60,441 bases of DNA from an uncultured Mycoplasmatota bacterium (lineage in GTDB: Bacteria > Bacillota_I > Bacilli_A > RF39 > UBA660). Both the position numbers and the translations under genes were made by a program. Each line of letters starts with the position of its first letter. The stretch's first letter is position 1. Under the pieces are notes generated by a model. That model did no database searches. It was given only the letters and a program-made list of their open reading frames with translations, and was not told the origin of the DNA. The stretch spans positions 1 through 60,441 of the forward strand of contig CAMVED010000006.1 in the NCBI GenBank assembly GCA_947166445.1. Direction: 5' to 3'. Shown here piece after piece: positions 29,217 to 38,727 of the stretch.

Positions 29217-31274
29217 TTATTCATTATTATTGTTTTGTTCTGAATCTGATTCAGACTCTTCTTGTGATATAGAACAACTACCATCCTCTTGAACTTGTTT
29301 GGGAGATTCACAGACACATTCACCATTTGAATCAGTATAACCTAAATCAGTTTTTTCACACACAGTAGGTTCAGGCTCAGAAGGCTCTGGTTCTGTAGGC
29401 TCTGGTTCATTGTTAATGATCTTAGCAACCGTTAAATTAACTGATCCAGATATCAAATCAAGTCTTTTATTTTCAGGATAACTTTGATCAATAACTTGAC
29501 CATCTGAATATCCAGAAGTTACTTCTTTATAAGTTACAGTGACTCCTATTCCGTGACTAGACAACCAATTTTTAGCATAACTTTCACTAGAACCAACAAA
29601 GTTAGGAAGTAGGGTATATGAAGTTCCACCACCATATACATCTGCACCAATAGTTTTCATTTCAAATGGTTTTTCTATATTAAATTCCATCTTTTTAACC
29701 ATAGAAACTTCATCAAGTCCGAGATTTTGTTTCATCGTATTTACTATAGCCTCTAAACTAGCTTTATCAGGAATATAATTATATAATGTCATTCCTATTC
29801 CTTCATCATATATCATTGCACTAGACCCACTTAAGTACAATTGAGTCATATTTATTAAATTATTAGAATTGCTTGTCTTAATTAGTTTTTTTGCAATATC
29901 GTAAAAAGATAGTATTTGTTTAGTGGTAAAATTAGTATCCATACTCATACTTATGGTATCAAGTATATTTAATAATTGATTAGCACTTCGTATACTCTTT
30001 AGTTTATTTAATATTCCTTGAACTACTAATTGTTGATTAACGCCTCTTTGAAGGTCCCCAGTTAGCAGTGTTTTTCTATGTCTTGCTAACGCTAAAGCCT
30101 GTTCTCCATTTAGTTTTTGTTTTCCTTTTTTAAGACATACTAAGTTTTCAGTTCTAGTAGATCTTTTTGAATTAGATTCACAAAATTCTATAGGAACATC
30201 TACTTCAATTCCTCCAAGAGCATCAACTAAACTTATTACACCTTGAAAGTTTACTTTTACATAATAATCAATATTAATACCAGTAAAGTTTTCTATAGTC
30301 CTAATCATACAAGATTCACCATTCCAAGCAGCATGAGTAATTTTATTTTCTCTTTGACCTGCAAAACAAGCAATTGGTACATAAGTATCTCTTGGAATGC
30401 TAAGTATTGTAGCATTTAAAGTTTTTGGATTAAATGTTATTAACATTAATGAATCACCATTACCAGTAGCATTTTTAGATAGTTTTTTTTGTGTTGAATC
30501 TATTCCCATAACAAGTAGGGTAAATGGTTTATCAATTTTATCAGAAGTGTTGAAATTTAATATATCATCTCCAGAATACTTACTAGCTTCTTCTTTTGTT
30601 AAAGTTTTAGATTTTTCATATATAATTTTAGTGTCATTTTCAATGTTCTTATATTTATCAATAGACTTAAACATACTAGGATAGTTCTTACTTATTATCA
30701 TAGCATCTATTTTTTTATTGTATAAGTCTTTAACTAAAGAAGTTACATTTGAATACTCTTTAATTTTACTATTGTTATCTAACTTTTGCTCTTTTATTAT
30801 TTCCATACCAATAACGTAACCATCGATTGAAGTTTCATCTATAACTATACCAATGTTCTTATCTTTCAAATCGTCTACTTTACTTACATTAGAATCCTTT
30901 TTTACAACAACTGCAGTAGTATAGGTAATCTTATTCTTATTAATGTTATCCAAAGAAGAATATGTTCTAAATATAAAATATCCTAATAAAGATTGAAGTA
31001 TGATCATAACAATAGAAATAATAACTGCAACAATAGTTCTGGCTTTTTTTTGCTTTTTAAACAATCTTCTAACAACAAATATGAGTATACAATTTATTAT
31101 AACGATAATCACCATAGCAACATATCTTATTCTATTCTCAACTCCGCTTATTCTATATAAACAAAATATTAGAAATAATCCTGATAAAAAGGTTAATAAA
31201 TGAAGTAATATCTTACTAATTTTTATAATTTTTGAAGAATTATTAGATTTTTCTAAAACTATATTTTCATCCAT
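29217..31274 (-). CDS. LCP-family wall-polymer ligase with accessory domain, PASTA and Cys-rich tail
   Basis: 3 TMs; accessory domain; GIDS, SIPRDTYV, ALARHR and RGVNQQ motifs; LPNFVG PASTA; EP-rich linker. Confidence 0.9.
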   Translation of the reverse strand: MDENIVLEKSNNSSKIIKISKILLHLLTFLSGLFLIFCLYRISGVENRIRYVAMVIIVIINCILIFVVRRLFKKQKKARTIVAVIISIVMIILQSLLGYFIFRTYSSLDNINKNKITYTTAVVVKKDSNVSKVDDLKDKNIGIVIDETSIDGYVIGMEIIKEQKLDNNSKIKEYSNVTSLVKDLYNKKIDAMIISKNYPSMFKSIDKYKNIENDTKIIYEKSKTLTKEEASKYSGDDILNFNTSDKIDKPFTLLVMGIDSTQKKLSKNATGNGDSLMLITFNPKTLNATILSIPRDTYVPIACFAGQRENKITHAAWNGESCMIRTIENFTGINIDYYVKVNFQGVISLVDALGGIEVDVPIEFCESNSKRSTRTENLVCLKKGKQKLNGEQALALARHRKTLLTGDLQRGVNQQLVVQGILNKLKSIRSANQLLNILDTISMSMDTNFTTKQILSFYDIAKKLIKTSNSNNLINMTQLYLSGSSAMIYDEGIGMTLYNYIPDKASLEAIVNTMKQNLGLDEVSMVKKMEFNIEKPFEMKTIGADVYGGGTSYTLLPNFVGSSESYAKNWLSSHGIGVTVTYKEVTSGYSDGQVIDQSYPENKRLDLISGSVNLTVAKIINNEPEPTEPEPSEPEPTVCEKTDLGYTDSNGECVCESPKQVQEDGSCSISQEESESDSEQNNNNE
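29364..29408 (-). repeat. Imperfect 15-bp tandem coding repeat (EPEPT/EPEPS x3)
   Basis: Translates as EPEPTEPEPSEPEPT. Confidence 0.7.
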
Positions 31275-31372
31275 TTTAGTCCTCCTTATATTTATTAGAC
31301 TAATATTATTATATAATACATATCTATAATATTCAAGCAAAAGAAAAAGGCAAATAATGCCTTTTCTAATTA

Positions 31373-34255
31373 CTAAGGTGTACCAGGTATTTCTGGTTCA
31401 TCATCACCTGAATCGTCTCCTTCAACATATACTTTCGTAATAGCTTGTGATGTTTCACCATCATATTTTGCTGTATATGTAATTGTATAAGTACCAGGTT
31501 TACTAAAATCTGTTGAACCATCAGGTCCTGATATTGTGTGGGTAATTGTTGCAGACGCTGTAACATCAACGCCATTTTCATAAACTGTAAATGGATGTGA
31601 ATCTAATGTATATCCATCTCCAACTGCTATAGTGACTTCAGGATCAACATTACTTTCTATACTAATCTGTTGATGTAAACTCTTGCTAATTCCTGAACTC
31701 ATATTATCATTAGTGTTTTTATAAGCAGTTTTAACTGTATATGTTCCAAACGGACTTGATCCAGAGTATGTATAACTTGTACTAGTAGTAAAATCTAAAA
31801 GATTTCCATTTAAATATACATTGTAACCAAAAGCTCCAAAAGAACTATCGCTATTCTTAGGTTTAGAAGCAGCACTCCATGATAGATTAACTTTTCCTGA
31901 ATTAAAGCTCAAACTAAGATTTGAAGGATTTGGTAAAGTATTATATTTTGTAGTCACGGTTTTTGGAGTATGACCACGTCTAAATAGTTCAGTTGTTATC
32001 ATACTACTTGGAGTAGTTGCACTTGGTAAATCTTCTGTACCCTTAACAACTTTTACCGCTACAACACTTGAAGGTTTTGTCCATCTAGCACCGGTATTAT
32101 CAAATAATGCTCTACTACAAGAAGAGAATAGGCTATTTCTATGATAGAACATTTGAGACATTGATAAATATCTACCATATTTATTTTCGACATATCCTGT
32201 CCACATAGCAATTACTGTGTTTGGAGTATATCCAACAATCCAACCATCTGGAGCAGCATCACTAGAATATCCCCAACGTGCAGCAGTTGCAGAATCATAG
32301 TTTGTTGTTCCAGTTTTCATTGCATATTGATCATTTGTATAAACTGAAATTCCATTGTGAGAAGCAACGCCTTTTAAAACATCGGTAATCATATAAGAAG
32401 TAGCATCGCTCATAGCTTTTTCACCTTCAGGTTTAAACTCAATTTTTTCATTAGAATTTCTTAAAATAATTTTACTTACTGCATATGGTTCATAATAAGT
32501 ACCACCATTGCTATAAGCTGTATATGCTCCTGCCATTTGAAGTGGAGAAGCACCATTAAATGCTCCAACTGCATGCGCTTGGTGTAAATATGGAGCATCA
32601 GTTTTACTAGAATTTTTAGTATTAACACATTTCTTAGAAGAAGTGTCATATTTATAACCGCTTGCACATAATTCAGGTTTTATTCCCAAACCTGTAGCAA
32701 AATCTATAATCTTTTCATTATCTACAGATTGAAAAGCAAGTACTGCAGGAACGTTTCGTGAATCCATTAGAGAATATCTAAGAGTAATATTGCCTCTATA
32801 AGCTCCATCGTAGTTTACTATTCTTTGACTAGTTCCAGAATAGTATATAGGATGGTCATTAAATATATGAGCAGTAGAGTAGTAGTTATACTCAATAGCA
32901 GGACCATAATCGAAGATTGGTTTTGCAGTTGATCCTATTTGTCTTGAAATATCTGTTGCATAGTTAAATGTTCTTTCTCCTTTTCTGTTTCTACCGGCTC
33001 CTACCGCGAGTATCTTACCTGTATGACTATCAACTGCTATAGCAGCCCCTTGAATTGAGCTATTAATCCAGTTATGAGTTTTTCCACTAAATACATCCTC
33101 AATAGCTTGTTGTCTTTTTGCATCTAAATTTGTAAATACTTCCATAGGAACCGCATAAGGATCCATACCTGTTTTGTTAATAAGTTCTTGTATTACTAAA
33201 TCAATGTATCCTTGATATTTATTTGAATTACCATTAGATTTACTTACTAATAATCTTTTTACTGGAATAGCTTCAGCAATTTCTTTTTCTTCTTCTGTTA
33301 TATAACCATGTCTTACCATAAGAGATAGAACTGTTGATCTTCTTTTAGTAGCGGCTTCAGAATCCAAAAATGGATCATAAGCACCAGGTGCTTGGAAAAG
33401 ACCAGCAATTAATGATGCTTCAGCAAGATTCATTTGCTTAGCATGTTTTCCAAAATAAGTTTGAGCGGCTTGTTCAACTCCGTAGGAATTACTTCCTAGG
33501 AATGGTTCATTTACGTAAAACTCAATTATTTCTTGTTTAGTGAAAGCTCTTTCTATTTTAAATATTGATAAATATATATCAGTGAACTTTCTAATTATTC
33601 CTTGAATACCAGATGCTTCACGAGAAGTAAAGTTATTCTTAGCAACTTGCATTGTTAAAGTAGAACCACCACCGGCATCAGAAGCCCCCATAAGTTGTCC
33701 AATTACTGCTTTAGTAAATCTCGGAGCATCGACTCCATTATGTTGAAAGAATCTTGAATCTTCTGTAGCAACAATTGCATCTACTAAAACATTTGGCAAT
33801 TCATCATATTCTAGTTTTTCACGTTTTTCACTACCCAAAGTAGCAATTACATTTTTCTTATTATCATATACAATAGATGTTTCGTTACGCTCTAATTTTT
33901 TAACATCAAATTCTGGAGCTGCAAGAATTACAGCTATAAAGAAAGCAATAAACGCTAATATTCCGAGTATACCCATTAGTAAAATAAGTAAAAAACCAAC
34001 TTTAGCACGCCTTCTTTTTTTATTTCCAACTGGATATCTATCTATTACTCTAACAAGAAGTATCAAAAGCAGATAAAGAACAGTAAATGGTAAAGCAACA
34101 ATCAAACCAAATACTAAATATCCAACAATTAAGAATAATAATGCTGTTATTCCTATAAAAGCATACATAAAATTAGATGTCTTTCTAGGTTTTAACAAAT
34201 CTGCACGATTCATAGCACTTTTGCTCTTTTTAATCTTTACTTTTTTTTGTTTCAT
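31373..34255 (-). CDS. ponA: Class A penicillin-binding protein 1A with FN3/Ig-like C-terminal domains
   Basis: EDSRFFQHNG, GGSTLTMQ and RKF transglycosylase motifs; STAK, SRN and KTGT transpeptidase motifs. Coupled to recU. Confidence 0.95.
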   Translation of the reverse strand: MKQKKVKIKKSKSAMNRADLLKPRKTSNFMYAFIGITALLFLIVGYLVFGLIVALPFTVLYLLLILLVRVIDRYPVGNKKRRRAKVGFLLILLMGILGILAFIAFFIAVILAAPEFDVKKLERNETSIVYDNKKNVIATLGSEKREKLEYDELPNVLVDAIVATEDSRFFQHNGVDAPRFTKAVIGQLMGASDAGGGSTLTMQVAKNNFTSREASGIQGIIRKFTDIYLSIFKIERAFTKQEIIEFYVNEPFLGSNSYGVEQAAQTYFGKHAKQMNLAEASLIAGLFQAPGAYDPFLDSEAATKRRSTVLSLMVRHGYITEEEKEIAEAIPVKRLLVSKSNGNSNKYQGYIDLVIQELINKTGMDPYAVPMEVFTNLDAKRQQAIEDVFSGKTHNWINSSIQGAAIAVDSHTGKILAVGAGRNRKGERTFNYATDISRQIGSTAKPIFDYGPAIEYNYYSTAHIFNDHPIYYSGTSQRIVNYDGAYRGNITLRYSLMDSRNVPAVLAFQSVDNEKIIDFATGLGIKPELCASGYKYDTSSKKCVNTKNSSKTDAPYLHQAHAVGAFNGASPLQMAGAYTAYSNGGTYYEPYAVSKIILRNSNEKIEFKPEGEKAMSDATSYMITDVLKGVASHNGISVYTNDQYAMKTGTTNYDSATAARWGYSSDAAPDGWIVGYTPNTVIAMWTGYVENKYGRYLSMSQMFYHRNSLFSSCSRALFDNTGARWTKPSSVVAVKVVKGTEDLPSATTPSSMITTELFRRGHTPKTVTTKYNTLPNPSNLSLSFNSGKVNLSWSAASKPKNSDSSFGAFGYNVYLNGNLLDFTTSTSYTYSGSSPFGTYTVKTAYKNTNDNMSSGISKSLHQQISIESNVDPEVTIAVGDGYTLDSHPFTVYENGVDVTASATITHTISGPDGSTDFSKPGTYTITYTAKYDGETSQAITKVYVEGDDSGDDEPEIPGTP

Positions 34256-34800
34256 AATATACCTCCATACTTATCTATAATTTCAATATAGTCAACTTTG
34301 GGCATTAATTTATCTTTTATTAGATGTCCTTTTTCTTTAAAGTAATCAAGTGGTATTGATTTTCTAGTATTATGATTTATAAACTCTATAAATTCTTTTC
34401 CAAATAGAAGATAAGTTTCATTTATTTTAGTAAATCTAACAATTAAGAAACAAATACCTCCATGTCTTAAAACATTTTCTATATGTTTAATCTGATGTGC
34501 ATGAATATTAGCAAGTGGAAATGCAGTTTTAGTAGTTTCTTTAGCCTCAAAATCAATGTATTTACCATCATATAAACCATTATAATCAGTGGTCGAAGGT
34601 TTCTCAAAATAAGCATTTACTATTTTCTCATTAACTTGTTTTACTACTTTGACAGGAGTAGGTTTTTTATAAATGACAGCAATATCATTCTCTAAATAGT
34701 ATTTATTAGAATCATTAAGCTCTGCTTCTAAAGTCATACCTCTGTTTCCGTAGTATTTAAACTTAGCTGTTTTAACTATCTTATTTGGATACTTAATCAA
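34252..34800 (-). CDS. recU: Holliday junction resolvase RecU
   Basis: NRGMTLE, KKPTP, STTDYNG, FEAKET and HQ motifs. Confidence 0.97.
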   Translation of the reverse strand: MIKYPNKIVKTAKFKYYGNRGMTLEAELNDSNKYYLENDIAVIYKKPTPVKVVKQVNEKIVNAYFEKPSTTDYNGLYDGKYIDFEAKETTKTAFPLANIHAHQIKHIENVLRHGGICFLIVRFTKINETYLLFGKEFIEFINHNTRKSIPLDYFKEKGHLIKDKLMPKVDYIEIIDKYGGIL

Positions 34801-34989
34801 AAATCATCACCATACTAAAATTATACTATAAATAGACAATTTTATCAATATATTAAAGATATATCAAAAACTATTTTACACATTTGAAAACAGGTTTACA
34901 AATAAATCGTAAACTAGCAAAAAATAAAAAAATATCAATTGTAAATATATAGGGAAAAATATATAATAAATATAAGGAGGAGAGTTAAT

Positions 34990-35826
34990 ATGGAAAAAGA
35001 AAAGAAAAGTAATAAGGGATTGGTTGCGATAATAATAGTTTTAGTAATTTTGTTATTGGGGTCAATAGGTTATATTTGTTATGATAAAGGTGTGTTTGAT
35101 AGTTTATTAGGAAAGGAAAAACCTGTTGAAGAAACAAAACGAGATAATACTGAACCTTTAGTAGAAGGATACCAATTTAGATTAAAAGATTTAAATTGTG
35201 AAAAAGGAGAATACTCTTGCACAAAAAAACTAAAAGCAGCTTATAACAAAAGAAATCATGATATAGAGATTAAATATTATCAAAAGATTGAGGATTCTCC
35301 GCATGATAATACTGGTGTTAAACAAAATAGCTTGTATTTTGAATTGTATATTGATAGTGTTTTAATTGATACAATTGATTCAGGATATTTGTATTTAGAT
35401 TCAGAAAACCAAACTTATAATTCAGAGTACAATATGGATTTTGATGGCTATATTTATGTTTTTGATGGTAAGTATTTAGGATTTTTACTACAAACACAAT
35501 ATCCAGCTGGAAGCCCAGGCTATAGTTTAGTTACGTATGCTAATGAAAAAAGAGTTGGAAATATTACAAGTATAGATATTGCAGGTCAATCTTTTGGAGA
35601 AAACGGTTCAGGAATGGATGGTATTGACAATATTAAATTCGATGGTACATCATTAGAATATTGGTATTTATCATGTGAAGAAACTAAAAAATATGTGCCT
35701 AAGAGTGATGAAGGACCTAATTCTATAGCAGTTAAGCAAAAACTAACTTTTGATGGTACGAAAGTAGAAGTGAAAGTGCTAGATGAGAAAAAAGAAGTAG
35801 TGGGTGGCGGACAAGGTTGTAAATAG
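34990..35826 (+). CDS. Hypothetical membrane-anchored surface protein
   Basis: KKSNKG + TM helix; strong RBS; paired Cys. Confidence 0.75.
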   Translation: MEKEKKSNKGLVAIIIVLVILLLGSIGYICYDKGVFDSLLGKEKPVEETKRDNTEPLVEGYQFRLKDLNCEKGEYSCTKKLKAAYNKRNHDIEIKYYQKIEDSPHDNTGVKQNSLYFELYIDSVLIDTIDSGYLYLDSENQTYNSEYNMDFDGYIYVFDGKYLGFLLQTQYPAGSPGYSLVTYANEKRVGNITSIDIAGQSFGENGSGMDGIDNIKFDGTSLEYWYLSCEETKKYVPKSDEGPNSIAVKQKLTFDGTKVEVKVLDEKKEVVGGGQGCK

Positions 35827-35844
35827 TAAGAAAGGAAAAATAAT

Positions 35845-36495
35845 ATGAAAAAGAATATAATATTTGTAATTATAATTATTATATTGTTGGGAATTATAGG
35901 TTTTGGTGGATATCAATATATGAAACTTCAAAAAGATAATGATAAGTTAACAAAGGATAATAAAACTATAACTGAAGAATTAAATAGACAAAAGGAAGAA
36001 ATAGAAAATCTGAAAAAACAAGATGAAACACTTAATAATGATACTAATGAAGACAATACAACTATTAAAGATACTTATGTATTTGACACGAGTAGTAGTT
36101 ATAAAGGATATGGTACTGTTGTTGTTACAGGATATGCTTCAGTTGAGAAAAATAGTGGTTATGATGGCAGCACTTATGACTATGTTTTCTTTAATATTAC
36201 TCATTGTGATAATAATGATTTTATGAAGTTCTTAAAAAATAGTTCTGATACAGCTGGTGTAAAAAATGATGCTATAGGTATTGGTAGTGTTAATAATAAA
36301 ACAATTGAAAGAACAAGTTTTTCTAATCAATATGGTGGTAAAACTGAAAAACTATCAAAAATGGATAGTAATAGGATATTAAATACATCCGCTACAAATG
36401 TTATTAAACTTAAACTTGAAATTTTAAAAGATTTGGGTAGAAGAGATGTGTCCGAATCATACTCGCCCATTAACAATATAACTATTATTGGGTAA
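35845..36495 (+). CDS. Hypothetical membrane-anchored protein with coiled-coil stalk
   Basis: N-terminal TM, heptad segment, RBS AAAGGA. Confidence 0.75.
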   Translation: MKKNIIFVIIIIILLGIIGFGGYQYMKLQKDNDKLTKDNKTITEELNRQKEEIENLKKQDETLNNDTNEDNTTIKDTYVFDTSSSYKGYGTVVVTGYASVEKNSGYDGSTYDYVFFNITHCDNNDFMKFLKNSSDTAGVKNDAIGIGSVNNKTIERTSFSNQYGGKTEKLSKMDSNRILNTSATNVIKLKLEILKDLGRRDVSESYSPINNITIIG

Positions 36496-36532
36496 TTCAA
36501 ATGTAAGAAGTTTTATTAAATAACATAATATT

Positions 36533-36558
36533 AAAAGAACTAGAAATAGTTCTTTTTT
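36533..36558 (+). terminator. Intrinsic terminator
   Basis: AAAAGAACTA-GAAA-TAGTTCTTTTTT. Confidence 0.8.
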
Positions 36559-36632
36559 GTTGTATTTTTTCTATTTTTGTCGAATCTATAGAAAACATAA
36601 AAATATTAATATATAATTATTATGGTGATGAT

Positions 36633-36734
36633 ATGAGAAACGATAATTTAGTATTTCTTTTTAATAATATAATAAAAGATACAAAAAGTTTAAAGAATGA
36701 TTATGAAAGCAGTATTTTAAAAATAAATCGTTAG
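36633..36734 (+). CDS. Unannotated 33-aa small ORF (MRNDNLVFLFNNIIKDTKSLKNDYESSILKINR)
   Basis: RBS GGTGATG, TATAAT at 36612 and TGTCGAA at 36578. Confidence 0.4.
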   Translation: MRNDNLVFLFNNIIKDTKSLKNDYESSILKINR

Positions 36735-36748
36735 TATGTCAGTATTAA

Positions 36749-36777
36749 TTGACAAAACACGATTTTTTTTTTAGAAT
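36749..36777 (+). promoter_or_regulatory. SigmaA promoter of gpsB-rnpB
   Basis: TTGACA-17-TAGAAT. Confidence 0.8.
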
Positions 36778-36800
36778 ATATATGAAGGTTGGTGATATAT

Positions 36801-37127
36801 ATGAACCAAGACTTAAATTTAACACAAGATGATATTTTAGAAAAAGAGTTCAAAATTGATACTAGAGGATATCGTTTAAAAGAAGTTGATCAATTTTTAG
36901 ATTTAATTATTGCAGATTATGGCACATTTATAGATGTTATTAAAAAACAAGAATTAGAAAAAGACAGATTAACTGAAGAAATAATTAGATTAAAAAAGCA
37001 ACTTCGTGATGCAAGTGTTAATATGGAAATAGCTAAAGCTTCAAGTAATAGCGCTCCTGTTAACAATGTTGATATTTTGAAAAGAATATCTAACCTAGAA
37101 AAAGTAATTTTTGGAAAAGATGAATAG
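36801..37127 (+). CDS. gpsB: Cell division regulator GpsB
   Basis: DILEKEFK...RGY...EVDQFLD..I.DY and NVDILKRISNLEK.IFG; upstream of rnpB. Confidence 0.93.
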   Translation: MNQDLNLTQDDILEKEFKIDTRGYRLKEVDQFLDLIIADYGTFIDVIKKQELEKDRLTEEIIRLKKQLRDASVNMEIAKASSNSAPVNNVDILKRISNLEKVIFGKDE

Positions 37128-37137
37128 TATATAATAG

Positions 37138-37481
37138 TAACATTTTAGGCAAACGCTGCAGAATCGTTCTGTAGAGGAAAGTCCATGCTCACAAAAGCTG
37201 AGATGCTTTTAACGATTGTGCTAAGGGAAAAAATAACCTTAGGTAGAGAAATCTAACGGCTTCGAAATGACCTAAACTTTTGCATGGTCAAATTAGATAT
37301 AAAAGTGCCATAGTGACGATGCTTATTAGAAATAATAAGAGTGGAACGAGGTAAACCCCACAAGTGAGAAACCCAAATTATGGTAGGGGAGCTTTGATAA
37401 GAAAATGAACTGAATCAAGGATCGCAAGATAGATAAATGTTTGCCACCTTTTAGGTACAGAACATGGCTTATTAAATGTTA
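37138..37481 (+). ncRNA. rnpB: RNase P RNA, bacterial type B
   Basis: GAGGAAAGTCCATGCTC, AAGTGCCATAG, GTGGAACGAGGTAAACCCCAC, AGATAAATG and ACAGAACATGGCTTA. P1 TAACATTT/AAATGTTA. gpsB synteny. Confidence 0.95.
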
Positions 37482-37502
37482 TTTTTTATTTTAGAGGTGT
37501 TT

Positions 37503-37937
37503 ATGAAAGAAATAGGAGAACAGTTTAAAGAGAAAAGAGAAGAAATAGGAATAACTATTGAAGAAGTATCTAATGATTTGAGTAGAGATGTAATAGTAAT
37601 TCAGAATCTAGAAAATGGTAATCATAAAGTATTTAGAGATATACTAGATTTAAAAGATATGGTTAGAATATATGCTAAATATCTAGGACTTGATGATGAA
37701 AAACTTTTGGCAGAACTAGATGACTTTATATTTGAAAAAACTTCAAAAATAAGTGTTGAGGATATACAAGCAAGATTAAAAAAAGAACAAGAAAAGAAAA
37801 AAAATGAAAAAAAGATTCATACTCCATATACATTGGAGTTAAAGAATGAAAAAGACTTAACATTAGTAGTCATTGCAGCAATAATAGTATTTATACTTGT
37901 TTTGTTCTATGTTCTACTTAAAATATTATTCTTATAA
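37503..37937 (+). CDS. rodZ: RodZ/YmfM-like HTH + TM protein (no extracellular domain)
   Basis: EIGEQFKEKRE..GIT.EEV...LENG...VRIYAKYLGLD; C-terminal TM; upstream of pgsA. Confidence 0.75.
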   Translation: MKEIGEQFKEKREEIGITIEEVSNDLSRDVIVIQNLENGNHKVFRDILDLKDMVRIYAKYLGLDDEKLLAELDDFIFEKTSKISVEDIQARLKKEQEKKKNEKKIHTPYTLELKNEKDLTLVVIAAIIVFILVLFYVLLKILFL

Positions 37938-37947
37938 GGAGGATTAT

Positions 37948-38559
37948 ATGAAGTTCAATTTACCAACTCGTTTAACTTTTTTAAGATTGGGTTTAGCACT
38001 TTTAATAATAATTCTATTGATATTTCCATTTTATAGAATAGGATTTGAATTTAAAACATTTTTGTTTCATAGCATTTTAATTGATGTTAGATATATAATG
38101 TGTGGCGTTATATTCATAATAGCATCATTTACTGATTATTTAGATGGATATTTTGCAAGAAAGAACAATGAAGTAACTGACTTTGGAAAATTTACGGATG
38201 CAGTAGCAGATAAGGTTTTAGTAAATTCTGCTTTAATTATTTTTGCTTCACAAGGATTCATTCCTGCAGCAGTACCAGTTATAATTATTGTAAGAGATAT
38301 AATAGTCGATGCTATAAGAATGAATGTTGCAACAAAAGGTACAGTACAAGCAGCAAGGATGAGTGGAAAAATAAAAACGGCCTGTTTAATGATTGGAATT
38401 GTTCTTACATTCTTCTATAATTTGCCGTTTGAATTATTAGGGCTACAAATATCTAAATTCTTCTTATATTTTGGAGCATTAATGTCTCTAGTTTCTATGT
38501 ATGAATACTATAATTTAAATAAAAAATTATTATATTCTGAATTTGAAGCGAAAAAATAA
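37948..38559 (+). CDS. pgsA: CDP-diacylglycerol--glycerol-3-phosphate 3-phosphatidyltransferase
   Basis: TDYLDGYFARK..VTDFGKFTDAVADK and GKIKT motifs. Confidence 0.95.
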   Translation: MKFNLPTRLTFLRLGLALLIIILLIFPFYRIGFEFKTFLFHSILIDVRYIMCGVIFIIASFTDYLDGYFARKNNEVTDFGKFTDAVADKVLVNSALIIFASQGFIPAAVPVIIIVRDIIVDAIRMNVATKGTVQAARMSGKIKTACLMIGIVLTFFYNLPFELLGLQISKFFLYFGALMSLVSMYEYYNLNKKLLYSEFEAKK

Positions 38560-38575
38560 AATTAAAAAAGCAATA

Positions 38576-38620
38576 AAAAATCCCTTGAAATGTAATATTT
38601 CAATATAGGGATTTTTATTT
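38576..38620 (+). terminator. Long hairpin/terminator after pgsA
   Basis: AAAAATCCCT-TGAAAT...ATTTCA..AGGGATTTTT. Confidence 0.6.
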
Positions 38621-38651
38621 TTGACTAGTAAAATCAAGGGTAAATTAAAAA

Positions 38652-38703
38652 CAAACAAATGTTTGAAAAAAGTATTGACACGAGAAAAAATATGTTGTAT
38701 GAT
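38652..38703 (+). promoter_or_regulatory. recA promoter with variant SOS (LexA) box
   Basis: CAAAC-AAAT-GTTTG palindrome at 38652-38665, then TTGACA-17-TATGAT. Confidence 0.65.
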
Positions 38704-38727
38704 TAATACAGATAGGGAGGAAAAACA

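Noticed and set aside
34893-34915. Short inverted repeat GTTTAC-N9-GTAAAC in the recU divergent spacer
   Set aside because: Only 6-bp arms in AT-rich DNA; not distinguishable from chance.
37476-37502. Longer upstream starts in the ORF track (also 3108, 5912, 8419, 12429, 20870, 21357, 31340, 37897)
   Set aside because: They overlap rnpB, promoters or neighbouring genes; downstream ATGs have proper RBSs.
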